DNA from: a virus
Taxonomy: Duplodnaviria > Caudoviricetes
Length of the DNA stretch: 35,738 nt
IMG/VR virus record: IMGVR_UViG_3300044855_000299
Coordinates: 1 to 35,738 of that record
Direction: 5' to 3' (one strand)
A program made the position numbers and the translations under genes. How positions within the stretch are numbered: position 1 is the first letter of the stretch; the number at the start of each line of letters is the position of its first letter. The notes beneath the pieces are model-generated. The model was not told the origin of the DNA, searched no databases, and saw only the letters and a list, made by a program, of their open reading frames with translations. Shown here piece by piece: positions 8,520 to 19,305 of the stretch.

Positions 8520-11500
8520 ATGGTAGATATAAAAAAGCCTCCATATTTTTCAGCCTACGATGAGGCAAAAAAATATTACCGCATTCTTGCTCGACCTGGC
8601 AGACCAATACAGGTACGTGAATGGAACGACCTTCAAGAGCAAATTCAAAAACAGATAGAACGAATCGGCGCTCATCTTTTTGAAAACGGTGCTCAAATTC
8701 TACCGGGAAGTAAAGAGGGTGTGAAATATGTAAATAACATTGGCTGGATTAAAATTCCAAGAACGGCCAATGCAGATACTGAAGCAGCACTTAAAAATTT
8801 GTGGCTCGGTAAAACTATTATTAGCACTTCGGGAAATCTCGGAATAAAGGCTCAAGTTATTGGCTTTAAGGTGCCAGATGAGTCAAACGAAGCCAGACTA
8901 TTTCTTAATTATTTAAACGCCGATGCAAGTGGAGTGTACACAGCATTCTCGGAAGGGCAGGTTGTAACTACACAAGAAACTAGCCCTATTAGCGCAACCA
9001 TTGTAGCAAATTACGGCGTTGGTCAAATTTCATCGGTAATTGTTGAAGAAGGGGTTTATTTCTACAACGGGAATTTCATACTCGTCGATCAGCAACAGAT
9101 TTTTATTGAGCCGGAGAATCCACTAGACCAGACAGCCTGGATAAACAGACCAGCTGCACTTGTAGCCTTAAGAGTGACCGAGAGTATTGTCACGGCGGAG
9201 GATGACCCAACTTTATTTGACAATGCATCAGGAACTCCAAATTTTTCAGCTCCAGGAGCGGATCGTCTTGCAATTACGGCCACTCTCATCCAGACGAATT
9301 TAGATAATACCGATCCTAATTTGATACCACTGTTAAAGGTAGTGGATGGGACAGTGCAGCAGCGAGTTGTTCGCACAGACTATTCAGTAATCGAGGACAC
9401 CTTAGCACGACGTACGTTTGATGAATCCGGCGATTACTGTATTAATCCTTTTACGATTTCTATACAAAATTTCCTTCGAATTGGAAATAATGAAGGAGTT
9501 CATGTAGAAAAGGAATTCTATTTCGAAACATCTGAAGCAGCCAAGGAAGCGTCAAAAAGACTTTTTAACTTTCCCGATCCTGGCGAATCTTGTAATCATC
9601 CAAACGTACCGGGCTTTTTCCTTCCCGCATCTTCTTATAGTCGCTTTTTGCAACTCTGCAATGATAGACTTTCGATACGAGTCGGTCCTGGGAAAGCTTA
9701 CGTCAAAGGTTACGAGATAGAGAAGATATTCACTAATACCATTGATATAGAAAGAGCGAGAACTCTTAAATATAGAAACAATAAGTCTGTTTTTACACCT
9801 CTTGGTACGTTCTTATACGTTACTAACTTATTTGGCACACCCAAGATAGAAGATTATGATTTAATCGAGATTCATTCAAAGTTTGTTACAACAAACGGGG
9901 TCAGCCCAGCCTCTAAAATAGGTACAGCTCGCGCACTGGCTCTTGAGTTCTTTAGTGGAGTAAACGGAAGTTCGACGGGAGTCTATCGCCTGTTCCTTTT
10001 CGACATTCAAGCCGATGACGGAAAAGATTTAACTCAAGCAAAAAGTCTTTATTCAGGAAGTCCAACTTTCACCTGCAATATTGAACCAGAGTTCTTTAGA
10101 TTAAATGGCTCAATAACAACCACAAATATCGGCGGTGTGGCAGCTGGCGCAAACACACTTTTAGGAATTGGCACCTCTTGGAAAAACGATCAAACACAGG
10201 TTTTGAAGAAAGGTGATTATATTCGCGTTGGGCAGGGAGAGCAAGCAAGACTTTACTCTATCACAGAAGATCCAGATACGGATAACAGTCTCACTGTAGC
10301 TCCAAATCCAGCAACCGATGGCCATACATGGCCTGACGGAGCAACGGTTGATTATGTTTTTGCGACGGTCAAGGGAACATCAGAAACTCCATCACTCCTT
10401 TATAAGCTTCCTGATGAAATCGTATACACCATTAGAGGAGGGGAGCAAGGAGAGGTTAATCCCGCGATTATTGATACATCTTATGTTTCAAGACGAGTCA
10501 TCTTGGACGGCACTCCGCCAAATTCTACGGCTAACGGACTTGGAAAACTAACTGCTACGATTGGTGCAGATGAGGAGTTTCAAACATTTTCTGCGTCAGA
10601 TTATGTTGTTATCGATCAGGATACGGGAGACTATCTTGAGGTTCTTCCATATGTCTCAGGCAACCCAACCACTGGAAAATGTGAAATCCAACCTGTGGGA
10701 TCGCAGCTTACCATTCACTGCAACGCAGCTCTAGCAGGTCATAATTTTTATGTTATTGCATCCATTAGGCGTAACGGAAATTCTGCCGGTCAGGAACGAG
10801 CGAAAACGCTGGTTTCTGGGATTTTTAGCGGTGGAGTCGGAAGCTTTTATAGTGGACCATACGCCGAATCAAATGGAGCCGATGTAAACGTCATATCTCT
10901 TGGCAAAGCTGACGTCGTTCGAGTTACAAGAATTGTCGAATCACCAAATTATAATACCACTCCAAGTAATTTAGAAACACTACCAGACGGGCATAAAGAT
11001 ATTACTGGAGCATACATTTTAGATAACGGTCAAAGAGACTACTACTATGATATTGCTCGCATAACTTTAAAGGCAGGCGCAATTAGGCCGAAGGGAAGAG
11101 TTAGAGTTGAATTTGAATACTTTACTCACGGTAACACTGGTAATTATTTCTCAGTGGATTCTTATCCGTTTAAGGGATCGAATCCTCAAATGCGATACGA
11201 GGATATTCCCTTGTATAATTCCCCAAATGGCGGGCAATATGATTTAGCAAGCTGCTTAGACTTTAGACCTCGCGTTTCTGAGCCTGGTGGGATTGGCGAT
11301 GGGTTCTCCACGAGTATTGAACCACCTAAAGATTCAGTGCGCTGTGATTATCACTTTTTTGAAGCCAGAATTGATAAACTCTACCTAGACCGAAGCGGTA
11401 AGTTTGGTATTAAAAAGGGTGTCCCTGACATCACTCCTGTCACTCCAGGAGAGCCAGATACGGGGATGACTCTATACAAGTTATATTTGCGACCATACAC

Positions 11501-12407
11501 AGCCAACCCCAGCGATTGCGTTCCAGAGTTAATTGATAATCGACGTTATACGATGCGCGATATCGGAAAACTCGAAAAACGTATTAAAAATCTTGAGGAT
11601 TACACTAGCCTTTCCTTATTAGAAAAGGAAACATCCGATTTACTTATTCCGGACGCAACTGGAAAGAATAAGTTTAAAAATGGATTTATGGTTGATAACT
11701 TTAGCGGATTTAAACTGTGCGATCTCGGCAGTTTGGATTTTAGGGCAGCAGTCGATACCGCCTCACGCGAACTGCGACCTATGGCATATCGCGATAACGT
11801 TAGAATGTTTGAATTAAATCTACTAGAGCCTAACGAAGTTACGCGACAGAGTAATAGAGCAGCAAACCATTATCAAAAAACAGGTGACATTTATACTCTA
11901 CCCTATACTGATACAGTCTTAGTCGAGCAAACAAAGGCCAGTAAGGTCTCAAACGTGAATCCATATGCCGTATTCACTTACGTTGGAGTTCTTGACATTA
12001 AACCTTGGTCTGACGAATGGAAAGAAGCTGACCAGTGGGCACCTCCACTAAATGTCGTGGACGATTCAGAATTTCAAGCTGTCAATCGCTCATTTGGTCC
12101 TCCGGGAACGTCAATTTCTTGGGGAGCTACACTCAACAACTGGACTGGCATTGACATAAACAAAACCAATACGGGACGCGAAAAGCTAATTACCGCAGGC
12201 CATGCTGATGTGGCAAGAGTAAGGAAGATTGCTGAAGAAAAAACCAGAGATAACAAAAATGAAAATAGAAACAACCCAGAGCAAGGAAAGAAGGGTTCTT
12301 CGGGAAGCAGTACAATAAGAGGTCCAGGAAAGCCAGCACAAAACTCTTCCAGTAAGGGAGGAAGGCAGCAAGTTGGCGGCCATAGAGGTGGAAAAAATAG
12401 AAAATAA
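8520..12407 (+). CDS. large virion structural protein, VrlC/DUF4815-like, N-terminal part
   Basis: YYRIL.RPG..IQ.RE, APGADRL, LARRTFDESGDY, GKAYVKGYE, RRYTMRDIGKLEKRI..LE.YTSLSLLE, FKNGFMVDNF. Confidence 0.85.
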   Translation: MVDIKKPPYFSAYDEAKKYYRILARPGRPIQVREWNDLQEQIQKQIERIGAHLFENGAQILPGSKEGVKYVNNIGWIKIPRTANADTEAALKNLWLGKTIISTSGNLGIKAQVIGFKVPDESNEARLFLNYLNADASGVYTAFSEGQVVTTQETSPISATIVANYGVGQISSVIVEEGVYFYNGNFILVDQQQIFIEPENPLDQTAWINRPAALVALRVTESIVTAEDDPTLFDNASGTPNFSAPGADRLAITATLIQTNLDNTDPNLIPLLKVVDGTVQQRVVRTDYSVIEDTLARRTFDESGDYCINPFTISIQNFLRIGNNEGVHVEKEFYFETSEAAKEASKRLFNFPDPGESCNHPNVPGFFLPASSYSRFLQLCNDRLSIRVGPGKAYVKGYEIEKIFTNTIDIERARTLKYRNNKSVFTPLGTFLYVTNLFGTPKIEDYDLIEIHSKFVTTNGVSPASKIGTARALALEFFSGVNGSSTGVYRLFLFDIQADDGKDLTQAKSLYSGSPTFTCNIEPEFFRLNGSITTTNIGGVAAGANTLLGIGTSWKNDQTQVLKKGDYIRVGQGEQARLYSITEDPDTDNSLTVAPNPATDGHTWPDGATVDYVFATVKGTSETPSLLYKLPDEIVYTIRGGEQGEVNPAIIDTSYVSRRVILDGTPPNSTANGLGKLTATIGADEEFQTFSASDYVVIDQDTGDYLEVLPYVSGNPTTGKCEIQPVGSQLTIHCNAALAGHNFYVIASIRRNGNSAGQERAKTLVSGIFSGGVGSFYSGPYAESNGADVNVISLGKADVVRVTRIVESPNYNTTPSNLETLPDGHKDITGAYILDNGQRDYYYDIARITLKAGAIRPKGRVRVEFEYFTHGNTGNYFSVDSYPFKGSNPQMRYEDIPLYNSPNGGQYDLASCLDFRPRVSEPGGIGDGFSTSIEPPKDSVRCDYHFFEARIDKLYLDRSGKFGIKKGVPDITPVTPGEPDTGMTLYKLYLRPYTANPSDCVPELIDNRRYTMRDIGKLEKRIKNLEDYTSLSLLEKETSDLLIPDATGKNKFKNGFMVDNFSGFKLCDLGSLDFRAAVDTASRELRPMAYRDNVRMFELNLLEPNEVTRQSNRAANHYQKTGDIYTLPYTDTVLVEQTKASKVSNVNPYAVFTYVGVLDIKPWSDEWKEADQWAPPLNVVDDSEFQAVNRSFGPPGTSISWGATLNNWTGIDINKTNTGREKLITAGHADVARVRKIAEEKTRDNKNENRNNPEQGKKGSSGSSTIRGPGKPAQNSSSKGGRQQVGGHRGGKNRK

Positions 12408-12415
12408 ATTAGTAT

Positions 12416-15400
12416 ATGGCTAATACGAGAAATTCAAACAGAAATAACAGAAGTAAAGCGGCAAAGGCAAAGGCTCCGCAATCTGTTAAGAATGCTCTGG
12501 ACGACATTCGCAATGAGGTGAACATTAAAGCTCCACCCGGATATGTGAATGAGGGGCAAAAGGTAAATGTTGATGATATCAGCGTTGTCAGCCCAGAAGT
12601 AAGAACCACAGTCGGGCTTTCGGGAAATGAAATTCAAGTTGGAGTTCAAACTTCCATTCAAGATTTAGGATATACTACTCCAGTAAATCTTGGTGATCGA
12701 ATTACTGATATCTCTTTAGCCAATTACATGCGCTCAAGAGATATAACCTTCACAGGAAAGGCTTTCATGCCAGGAAGCCGTTTATATCCTTTTTTTGATG
12801 ACGTTGATGTAAGCGATTATTGTAAACCTGATGGTGGAGATTACGGCGATCCTCTTATTTGTAATTCGAAAGGGCAAGTAAGTGGAACGTTTACGATTCC
12901 CAATGAGCCGGAAAGTGGAATTAGATTCAAGACCGGAACTGTTACATTTCGTCTTACCACCTCTCCTACAAATCAGCAGTTTCCTCCACCTGCATCTTTT
13001 GCTGATGCGAAATATATGGCGACCGGATGGGTTGCGACAAAGCAAGCTACTACATACTCCACCAGAGCGTTCAAATACGACATCAAATCAGTTTCTAAGG
13101 TGGGCAATTCAATTGAAAAAACTGACTCCGTAGATGCCTTTGAGGGAGTTTGTCCACGAGACCCTATATCGCAAAGTTTTTTCATTTACGATCAAGGTGG
13201 CTGTCATATTACAGCAATTGATGTTTTCTTTTACAAAAAGCCAGACGACCCAGCAAAACCACAGCCTCCCGTCATCTTGCAGTTAAGAGCCTTAGATGAT
13301 GGCGGTAACCCATCATCTAAAATTCTCCCACTAGGTGAGGTCGTAAAGGAATCTGAGGAAATTGTCATTAATAAAATTGATTTAAATGCCGGAACACTAA
13401 CCGTTACGGGAAACCCCAGCGGGACGGCTGGAGTGGATGTTGGTCCGTGGACTTCGACGACAGAGGTTAGAAATAAATCCGGAGTAACGATACCGAATGG
13501 AACTCCGATTTCCATGTACGTTGCCGGATTTAATCCTACAGATCATATGATTCCAACGCGGTTTCGCTTTGAATCGCCCATTCCCGTATTACAAAATACC
13601 AGCTACTGTTTTGTAATTTTATCAGACAGCAATGAGTATAACGTGTGGGTTTCGCAATCCGGTCCCGATGTTACGGGGCGCGAGGGTGTAGATGCTTTTC
13701 GAGCATCAGGAGAAATCAATACTAACATCGGAACTAACGATCCTATTCAAAAAGACCCGTACGTTCAGGGAGTATTTTTCAAATCACAAAACGGTATCTC
13801 TTGGACTGCTGACCAGACTATTGACATAAAATTTGCAATTTATAAGGCAAAATATGACATTTCACGTAAGGGTGAAATCGATTTTGTTAATGAAACGCTA
13901 CCATTAAAAACACTGCCTCTTGACCCTTTTATAGTTCAGCAAGACTCATCTGTTGTTAGAGTGCTTCATGCCAATCATGGGATGCCGATTAGTAGCAGAG
14001 TGGTGTTTGCCGGTGTAAGTGGGCAATCAAATGGGATTCCTCTTTCTACGTTCAATAGAGCCGAGGGATTTACAATTATTCAATCTGAACTTGATTATTA
14101 TGTAATTGATGTTGGCGTAAATGCCACTACTTCCGGAAAAATTGGCGGTAGTGCGGTGAAAGCAACCGAAAATAAACGATTTGAAGAACTACTGTTCCTT
14201 ACGACTCAACTGGAACTACCAGAGACTGATATTACGTGGAATATTCAAACCACATCTAGCCAAGGAGCTAACGAATCAATCAACATACCTTATCTAGTAC
14301 AGCCAAGACGAAATATATCCCCAAATACTAACATCATATTTGATAAGCCTATGCATATTTCGTCGTCTATCAATGAAAATAACTCATTAGATACGCCGAC
14401 TGGACCATCTACAGTATTGACAACTGGACTAGGAGATAAGAAATCACTTCAAATACGAGCAATATTAGCTAGTTCAAATGCTAATTTGTCTCCTATTATA
14501 GATACATCACGCTTTAGTGTCACGCTAACTGATAATCGTATTGATAATCCAAGCGGTACTATTCCTTTAGGTTCTACCATTGATCCAAATACTGTAATAA
14601 ATGGTGTTTGGGATAATTTTCAGTGCGTACCGACGAATGATAATCCCGCAGTTGCAAGCACCGCCAATAAAATTCATTTCAGTACTTCCACTGGAGCCTT
14701 AACGGGCACCAATTTTGTAAGCAGCGGAACGACAGTCACGGGAACTGGAAGTAGGTTCATCGCAGAACTTTCAATAGGGGATATAATTAAAGACCCATTG
14801 AGCGGAGAGGAAAGAACGGTCATTTCTATTTTATCAAATACTTCCTTACAGACTGATATTGCTTTTAATCCGGCGCTTGGCACGACGACGCTTCTAACAG
14901 AGCCACCGCCATTAAAAATTAAAACAGCCGATGATAATGTCGCTCTGCATCTCTCAAAACTAGACGTTGGAAAATTAGTTTCCATAAACGCAGGAGTAGG
15001 AACAGATCGTACATTCGCGGATCAATACATTTTAGAGGTAAACTATACTCCGAATAATACCGTGGTCGATTCTGATTTATCAGCTCCAGTGAAATGTGAA
15101 GTTGTTATCGATTATAGACCAAAGACTGCGGCAGGCATTTCTTCAGAAAACGTCACAATTATTCAAAAAGATCGATACATCGATGAGATAGCTCCGAGTG
15201 GGGGAAGCTGTTCAGCAAAATATGTTTCTAAAACTTTACTCCTTGCACAATCAGCTAATTCTTTAAAAGTTATGTTTGATTGTAACCGACATGAAAGCAA
15301 TCAAGTAGACTTGTACTATAAACTTTCCTTGGTGGACGATAAGGCACGTCTTGACGATACAAACTGGACTCTGGCTGAGTTCAACTTAGAGCAAAACGGG

Positions 15401-15580
15401 CAACTAGTACCAACTACACCACTTCCAAATGATGACCCAGATGAGTTTAGTGCATACGAAGCTAACCTAATAGATTTACCACAATTTAATGGTGTACAAA
15501 TTAAAATTGTAATGCGAGGTGGTAATCCGGCAAGAGTGCCGCGAATTAAGAATTTAAGAATAATTGCTTTGGATGAATAA
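12416..15580 (+). CDS. large virion structural protein, VrlC/DUF4815-like, C-terminal part
   Basis: YMRSRDI.F, DPISQSFF, FFKSQNG.SW..DQ..DIKF.IY.A.Y, PRIKNLRIIAL. Confidence 0.85.
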   Translation: MANTRNSNRNNRSKAAKAKAPQSVKNALDDIRNEVNIKAPPGYVNEGQKVNVDDISVVSPEVRTTVGLSGNEIQVGVQTSIQDLGYTTPVNLGDRITDISLANYMRSRDITFTGKAFMPGSRLYPFFDDVDVSDYCKPDGGDYGDPLICNSKGQVSGTFTIPNEPESGIRFKTGTVTFRLTTSPTNQQFPPPASFADAKYMATGWVATKQATTYSTRAFKYDIKSVSKVGNSIEKTDSVDAFEGVCPRDPISQSFFIYDQGGCHITAIDVFFYKKPDDPAKPQPPVILQLRALDDGGNPSSKILPLGEVVKESEEIVINKIDLNAGTLTVTGNPSGTAGVDVGPWTSTTEVRNKSGVTIPNGTPISMYVAGFNPTDHMIPTRFRFESPIPVLQNTSYCFVILSDSNEYNVWVSQSGPDVTGREGVDAFRASGEINTNIGTNDPIQKDPYVQGVFFKSQNGISWTADQTIDIKFAIYKAKYDISRKGEIDFVNETLPLKTLPLDPFIVQQDSSVVRVLHANHGMPISSRVVFAGVSGQSNGIPLSTFNRAEGFTIIQSELDYYVIDVGVNATTSGKIGGSAVKATENKRFEELLFLTTQLELPETDITWNIQTTSSQGANESINIPYLVQPRRNISPNTNIIFDKPMHISSSINENNSLDTPTGPSTVLTTGLGDKKSLQIRAILASSNANLSPIIDTSRFSVTLTDNRIDNPSGTIPLGSTIDPNTVINGVWDNFQCVPTNDNPAVASTANKIHFSTSTGALTGTNFVSSGTTVTGTGSRFIAELSIGDIIKDPLSGEERTVISILSNTSLQTDIAFNPALGTTTLLTEPPPLKIKTADDNVALHLSKLDVGKLVSINAGVGTDRTFADQYILEVNYTPNNTVVDSDLSAPVKCEVVIDYRPKTAAGISSENVTIIQKDRYIDEIAPSGGSCSAKYVSKTLLLAQSANSLKVMFDCNRHESNQVDLYYKLSLVDDKARLDDTNWTLAEFNLEQNGQLVPTTPLPNDDPDEFSAYEANLIDLPQFNGVQIKIVMRGGNPARVPRIKNLRIIALDE

Positions 15581-15582
15581 CT

Positions 15583-15819
15583 ATGAATTCATTTTTAAAA
15601 GTAAAAGATCATCCTGGTTTGATAAGAGATATGAATTCTCAAGGTATCGTAAATGTTGATAGTAACAAATACAATGCTCATAAACTTCAAAAGCAATCTG
15701 TAGAACAGCAAAAGCGAAAAGAGCAATTGCGTGAAGATAAAATAAATAAACTCGAAGATGATGTTATTCAGCTAAAAGAAAGCATTAATGAAATTCTAGC
15801 AATTTTGAGGAATAAGTAA
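15583..15819 (+). CDS. small conserved T4-like/cyanophage protein
   Basis: KVKDHPGLIRD..S.GIVN plus coiled coil; expected position after a VrlC-like gene. Confidence 0.7.
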   Translation: MNSFLKVKDHPGLIRDMNSQGIVNVDSNKYNAHKLQKQSVEQQKRKEQLREDKINKLEDDVIQLKESINEILAILRNK

Positions 15820-16022
15820 TGAGTATCCCGCAAGTCGATATCAACAGTTTTACAATCGCTACACAAGTTGAAACGATCAATGAAATTGCACAATTGGAAG
15901 GAGACTTGGAAACATTAGAGACGGATGCCAAGGATAATTTAGTTGCTGCAATTAATGAAATTCGCTCTTCACTCGCCGGTCTTAAGCGATCAATTCTAAC
16001 CTACGCAATTGCAATGAGCTAA
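15819..16022 (+). CDS. small virion/fibre-associated protein
   Basis: L.T.AK.NLVAAINE motif; coupled to the upstream stop (TAATG). Confidence 0.6.
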   Translation: MSIPQVDINSFTIATQVETINEIAQLEGDLETLETDAKDNLVAAINEIRSSLAGLKRSILTYAIAMS

Positions 16023-16023
16023 A

Positions 16024-16719
16024 ATGGGTAATTCATTATTTAAAAACGCAATTAAACCATCTGTTGGGAACAGCTTTCAGACGCTGTATAGTGCCCCAGC
16101 AGGTCAGGGGAGCCTCCTTTTACAGCTAAACGGCTCAGTGGTAGGGGCTGCTGCTTTGGTCGGTTCAGCTCGTATCTTTGATGCCTCAGAGGGAACGTAC
16201 TCATACCTCATTAAGAAAGCGCCAATTCCCACTGGTGATGCTATTAGATTGATCGATCAAGCGAAGGTTGTGCTCGAATCTGAAGATCGCATTGAGATAA
16301 TGTGCGAATCTCCATCAGAGACAATTGATTTTATTGGATCTCTCATTGAGGATATCAACGATAATTCATTTGGAAAGTTTTTAGGAAGTTACAAAAACGC
16401 TATTAAACCCGATGTTGGTAATAGCTGGACTACACTTTATCAAGCTCCAGCAGACAAGACTACTTTTGTTCTGCAAATAAATGCTGCCAATAAATCCGAG
16501 AGTGGTGTTCAGGTATCGGTGAGACTTTGGGACGATTCAGCCGGATTGTATGCGTCGGTTCTTGATTCTGCACCAGTACCAGTTGCAGATGCTATCCGCC
16601 TCATCGATCATGCTAAAATTGTATTGGAAGGAAATGATAGACTTGAAGTTAAGTGCAACACTTTAGGTGAAGCAGTTGATTTAGTAGGAAGTTTAATTGA
16701 AGACGTAAACCAGATTTAA
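16024..16719 (+). CDS. virion structural protein with internal tandem domain duplication
   Basis: Two ~112-aa halves: KNAIKP.VGNS..TLY.AP ... DAIRLID.AK.VLE..DR.E..C ... GSLIED. Confidence 0.75.
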   Translation: MGNSLFKNAIKPSVGNSFQTLYSAPAGQGSLLLQLNGSVVGAAALVGSARIFDASEGTYSYLIKKAPIPTGDAIRLIDQAKVVLESEDRIEIMCESPSETIDFIGSLIEDINDNSFGKFLGSYKNAIKPDVGNSWTTLYQAPADKTTFVLQINAANKSESGVQVSVRLWDDSAGLYASVLDSAPVPVADAIRLIDHAKIVLEGNDRLEVKCNTLGEAVDLVGSLIEDVNQI

Positions 16720-16720
16720 T

Positions 16721-19297
16721 ATGAGTTATATTCGCGGGGCATTGCCTTTTCTCATTTATAATCCGAATACACGAGATGATATCGTGCCCAACGGATCGTC
16801 ATCAAGCTTTGAGCTTTCTCAGGAAGTTCCGGGTGGATATGAAAATAATGTTCAAGTTATTAGGCGTGAGTTTAAGTCTGACGTCTTAGTGCAGTCATGT
16901 TCATCAATTGCATTTGATGGGCTGTTAAGTCAAATAAGCTGTTCTGAATCTTCCATAGCAGCAGCACTTTCCTTAGTGCAAGTGGGAGATGTGGTAAGAG
17001 TTCAAGGCGCAACTAACGCAGCCAATAACGGTGACCTTTTAATTACAGCAGTCACGTACAACGGTCAAAATATTGTCATAACAGTTGATGATACTGGTTT
17101 AATTACTGAATCCGCAGGGTCTTTGGTAACTCTTACTCGTCGGTTTGTTGGGTCATGGGAGATTCTTGAGCCTGAAATTGACTATGTAATTGGCGGAACC
17201 GGCAATCAAGTTAATAAAATAATCACATTTTCAAAAATACCTCAAGAAACTGATGTTATTTACGTTATTCATCGAGGGGAAGCCACATACAACTTTGTTC
17301 CAACTGAAAAAACAGTAGGTCCTGAGCAACTTCAAGAAAACCTCAGAAATTTCAAAGTTGATATTTTTACAGGAGACGGTTCGTCAACTGATTTTAATTT
17401 GAGTCAGTTTGCAGTAAATGCCCGAACTCTTGAGCTTTCCGTCGATGGTTTCGTCAAATATGGTAGTGATGTTGACGCTGCATTCGTCGGAGATTTTGAG
17501 TTATTGAGCGACGGTACTACGATTCGTTTCGCGAGCCCGCCATCTAATGGTGCTAAGATTTATGTAAGACATTTAGGATTTAGTACAGTTTCTCGAAGGC
17601 AGGCGCTTTCCCCATCACAAATCGGTAGCGTAGCACCCGGATCAATCAATACGGTTCATCTAGCAAATAACGCGGTTACTTCTTCTAAAATAGCTGATGG
17701 CGCAGTAACTAATACTAAAATACAAGATGGAGCTGTTAGTGGTTCAAAGATTTTACTTAATAATAATGAATCTTTAAACTGGAAAAGTGCTGTATCTCCG
17801 TTTAGCGCAACATCAGTTTTACGATTAGATGCGACGAACAATGCAATCTTAAGAGCAGTTGGCGGCAAAGTATCCGTTAATTTGTCAGACACGAAGCTCA
17901 TAGAATTTAGCTCAAGCTCCATTAAAGACGCAAGCGCATCGGGACAAGTTGATTTAGGCTCATCTGCAAATAAATTCAAAGACGCATTTCTTTCTGGTCA
18001 GATATCCTCGGCTACCGCTTCAGTAAGTGGAAATGCAAGTGTGGGTGGCGATCTAAGCGTCACTGGAAATATTATCGTTGACGGTAACGTTGATGGCGTT
18101 GATGTGTCAGCACTTCAGGCTCAGGTGAACGCACTTGCAGCTCTGGTTGCTCAAAATAGTGCAGCCGGAACTATTACACTTTGGGCTAGAGATACAGGGG
18201 CTCCAGCTGGATATCTTCTCTGTGATGGTGGTTCGTACTCAACATCAGTATATCCTAATTTATTTGCAGCCATAGGGTACACTTTTGGGGGGTCAGGTGC
18301 CACATTTAGTGTTCCAGATTTTAGAGGCCGTTTTCCGTTAGGTAAAGCATCTTCCGGTACGGGTTCTGGTTGGGGAACTGGTCCGTCAGCGAGAGGTGGC
18401 TCTTTAGACCACACTCACACCACACCAGCACACACCCACGGACTGGCGAATCACGTCCACACAATTCCATCACATTACCATGCGATGATTTTTAATAATA
18501 GCACCTTAGCTATTAATCCTTCGGGCGATCATCAAACGTCACTTAACCACGACCACGGCACATATACGACTCCTGCTGGAGAGGGTTTGCATGAGCATAA
18601 TTTAAACATTGCAACCGGAGCAGTTACAAGTTCTAATGGAGCACATTCTCACGGGTTTTCACTGAGTGCAGCAACTGCGAGTCTCAATCACCGGCATTAT
18701 ATAAATTTTAATACATCAACAGAAAGTGCTACTCACACGCATCCCGGTACGACGGACTCATCTGGAACTCATGACCATGATATCAGCGCATTACAGGGAA
18801 CCGACGTATCAGACGGTAATAGCAATAGAGCGTTTTCAGCAACTAATACAAGTTTTACCCATACACGTAATACCTCCAGCGCGGGAAATCACACTCACTC
18901 ATTTACAACAGGAAATAACTCCCAATTTCACGTTCATGCAGTTACAGGAAACAGTGATTTTACAGATGTAAGTCACGGCCACAGCATTACGGGTTCAATT
19001 AATGATGCAGGAGCCCACACACATTCAGTCGTAGGTCGAATATTCAATTACGAATCAAATCACCAACACACCGTAGATCTGCCTGAATTTACCGGATTAT
19101 CGGGAAGTAACGGTACGCATAGACATTTTGCAGGTGATTTTTCTGGTGCGATAGGAAATGTTTCAAGTGGAAGTGATGGAAATGCTGGTTTTAATTCAGG
19201 TCCTCCTTCTCCAAACTCAACAGATTCTGGCGGTGCCTTGAATACTGGACAATCAAATCCTGCATTTCAGACGATTAACTTTATCATTAAAACGTAA
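16721..19297 (+). CDS. tail fibre with tail-collar domain and His-x-His needle
   Basis: APAGYLLCDG..YS...YPNLFAAIG..FGG....F.VPDFRGRF collar, 16 HxH motifs, C-terminal NP....INFIIK. Confidence 0.88.
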   Translation: MSYIRGALPFLIYNPNTRDDIVPNGSSSSFELSQEVPGGYENNVQVIRREFKSDVLVQSCSSIAFDGLLSQISCSESSIAAALSLVQVGDVVRVQGATNAANNGDLLITAVTYNGQNIVITVDDTGLITESAGSLVTLTRRFVGSWEILEPEIDYVIGGTGNQVNKIITFSKIPQETDVIYVIHRGEATYNFVPTEKTVGPEQLQENLRNFKVDIFTGDGSSTDFNLSQFAVNARTLELSVDGFVKYGSDVDAAFVGDFELLSDGTTIRFASPPSNGAKIYVRHLGFSTVSRRQALSPSQIGSVAPGSINTVHLANNAVTSSKIADGAVTNTKIQDGAVSGSKILLNNNESLNWKSAVSPFSATSVLRLDATNNAILRAVGGKVSVNLSDTKLIEFSSSSIKDASASGQVDLGSSANKFKDAFLSGQISSATASVSGNASVGGDLSVTGNIIVDGNVDGVDVSALQAQVNALAALVAQNSAAGTITLWARDTGAPAGYLLCDGGSYSTSVYPNLFAAIGYTFGGSGATFSVPDFRGRFPLGKASSGTGSGWGTGPSARGGSLDHTHTTPAHTHGLANHVHTIPSHYHAMIFNNSTLAINPSGDHQTSLNHDHGTYTTPAGEGLHEHNLNIATGAVTSSNGAHSHGFSLSAATASLNHRHYINFNTSTESATHTHPGTTDSSGTHDHDISALQGTDVSDGNSNRAFSATNTSFTHTRNTSSAGNHTHSFTTGNNSQFHVHAVTGNSDFTDVSHGHSITGSINDAGAHTHSVVGRIFNYESNHQHTVDLPEFTGLSGSNGTHRHFAGDFSGAIGNVSSGSDGNAGFNSGPPSPNSTDSGGALNTGQSNPAFQTINFIIKT

Positions 19298-19305
19298 GGG
19301 GGCAT

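Noticed and set aside
12390-12416. -1 frameshift at A AAA AAT fusing the two VrlC-like ORFs
   Set aside because: The -1 frame has TAG at 12398 and 12410, and TAG is a normal stop elsewhere (841, 25046, 27704), so recoding is unsupported
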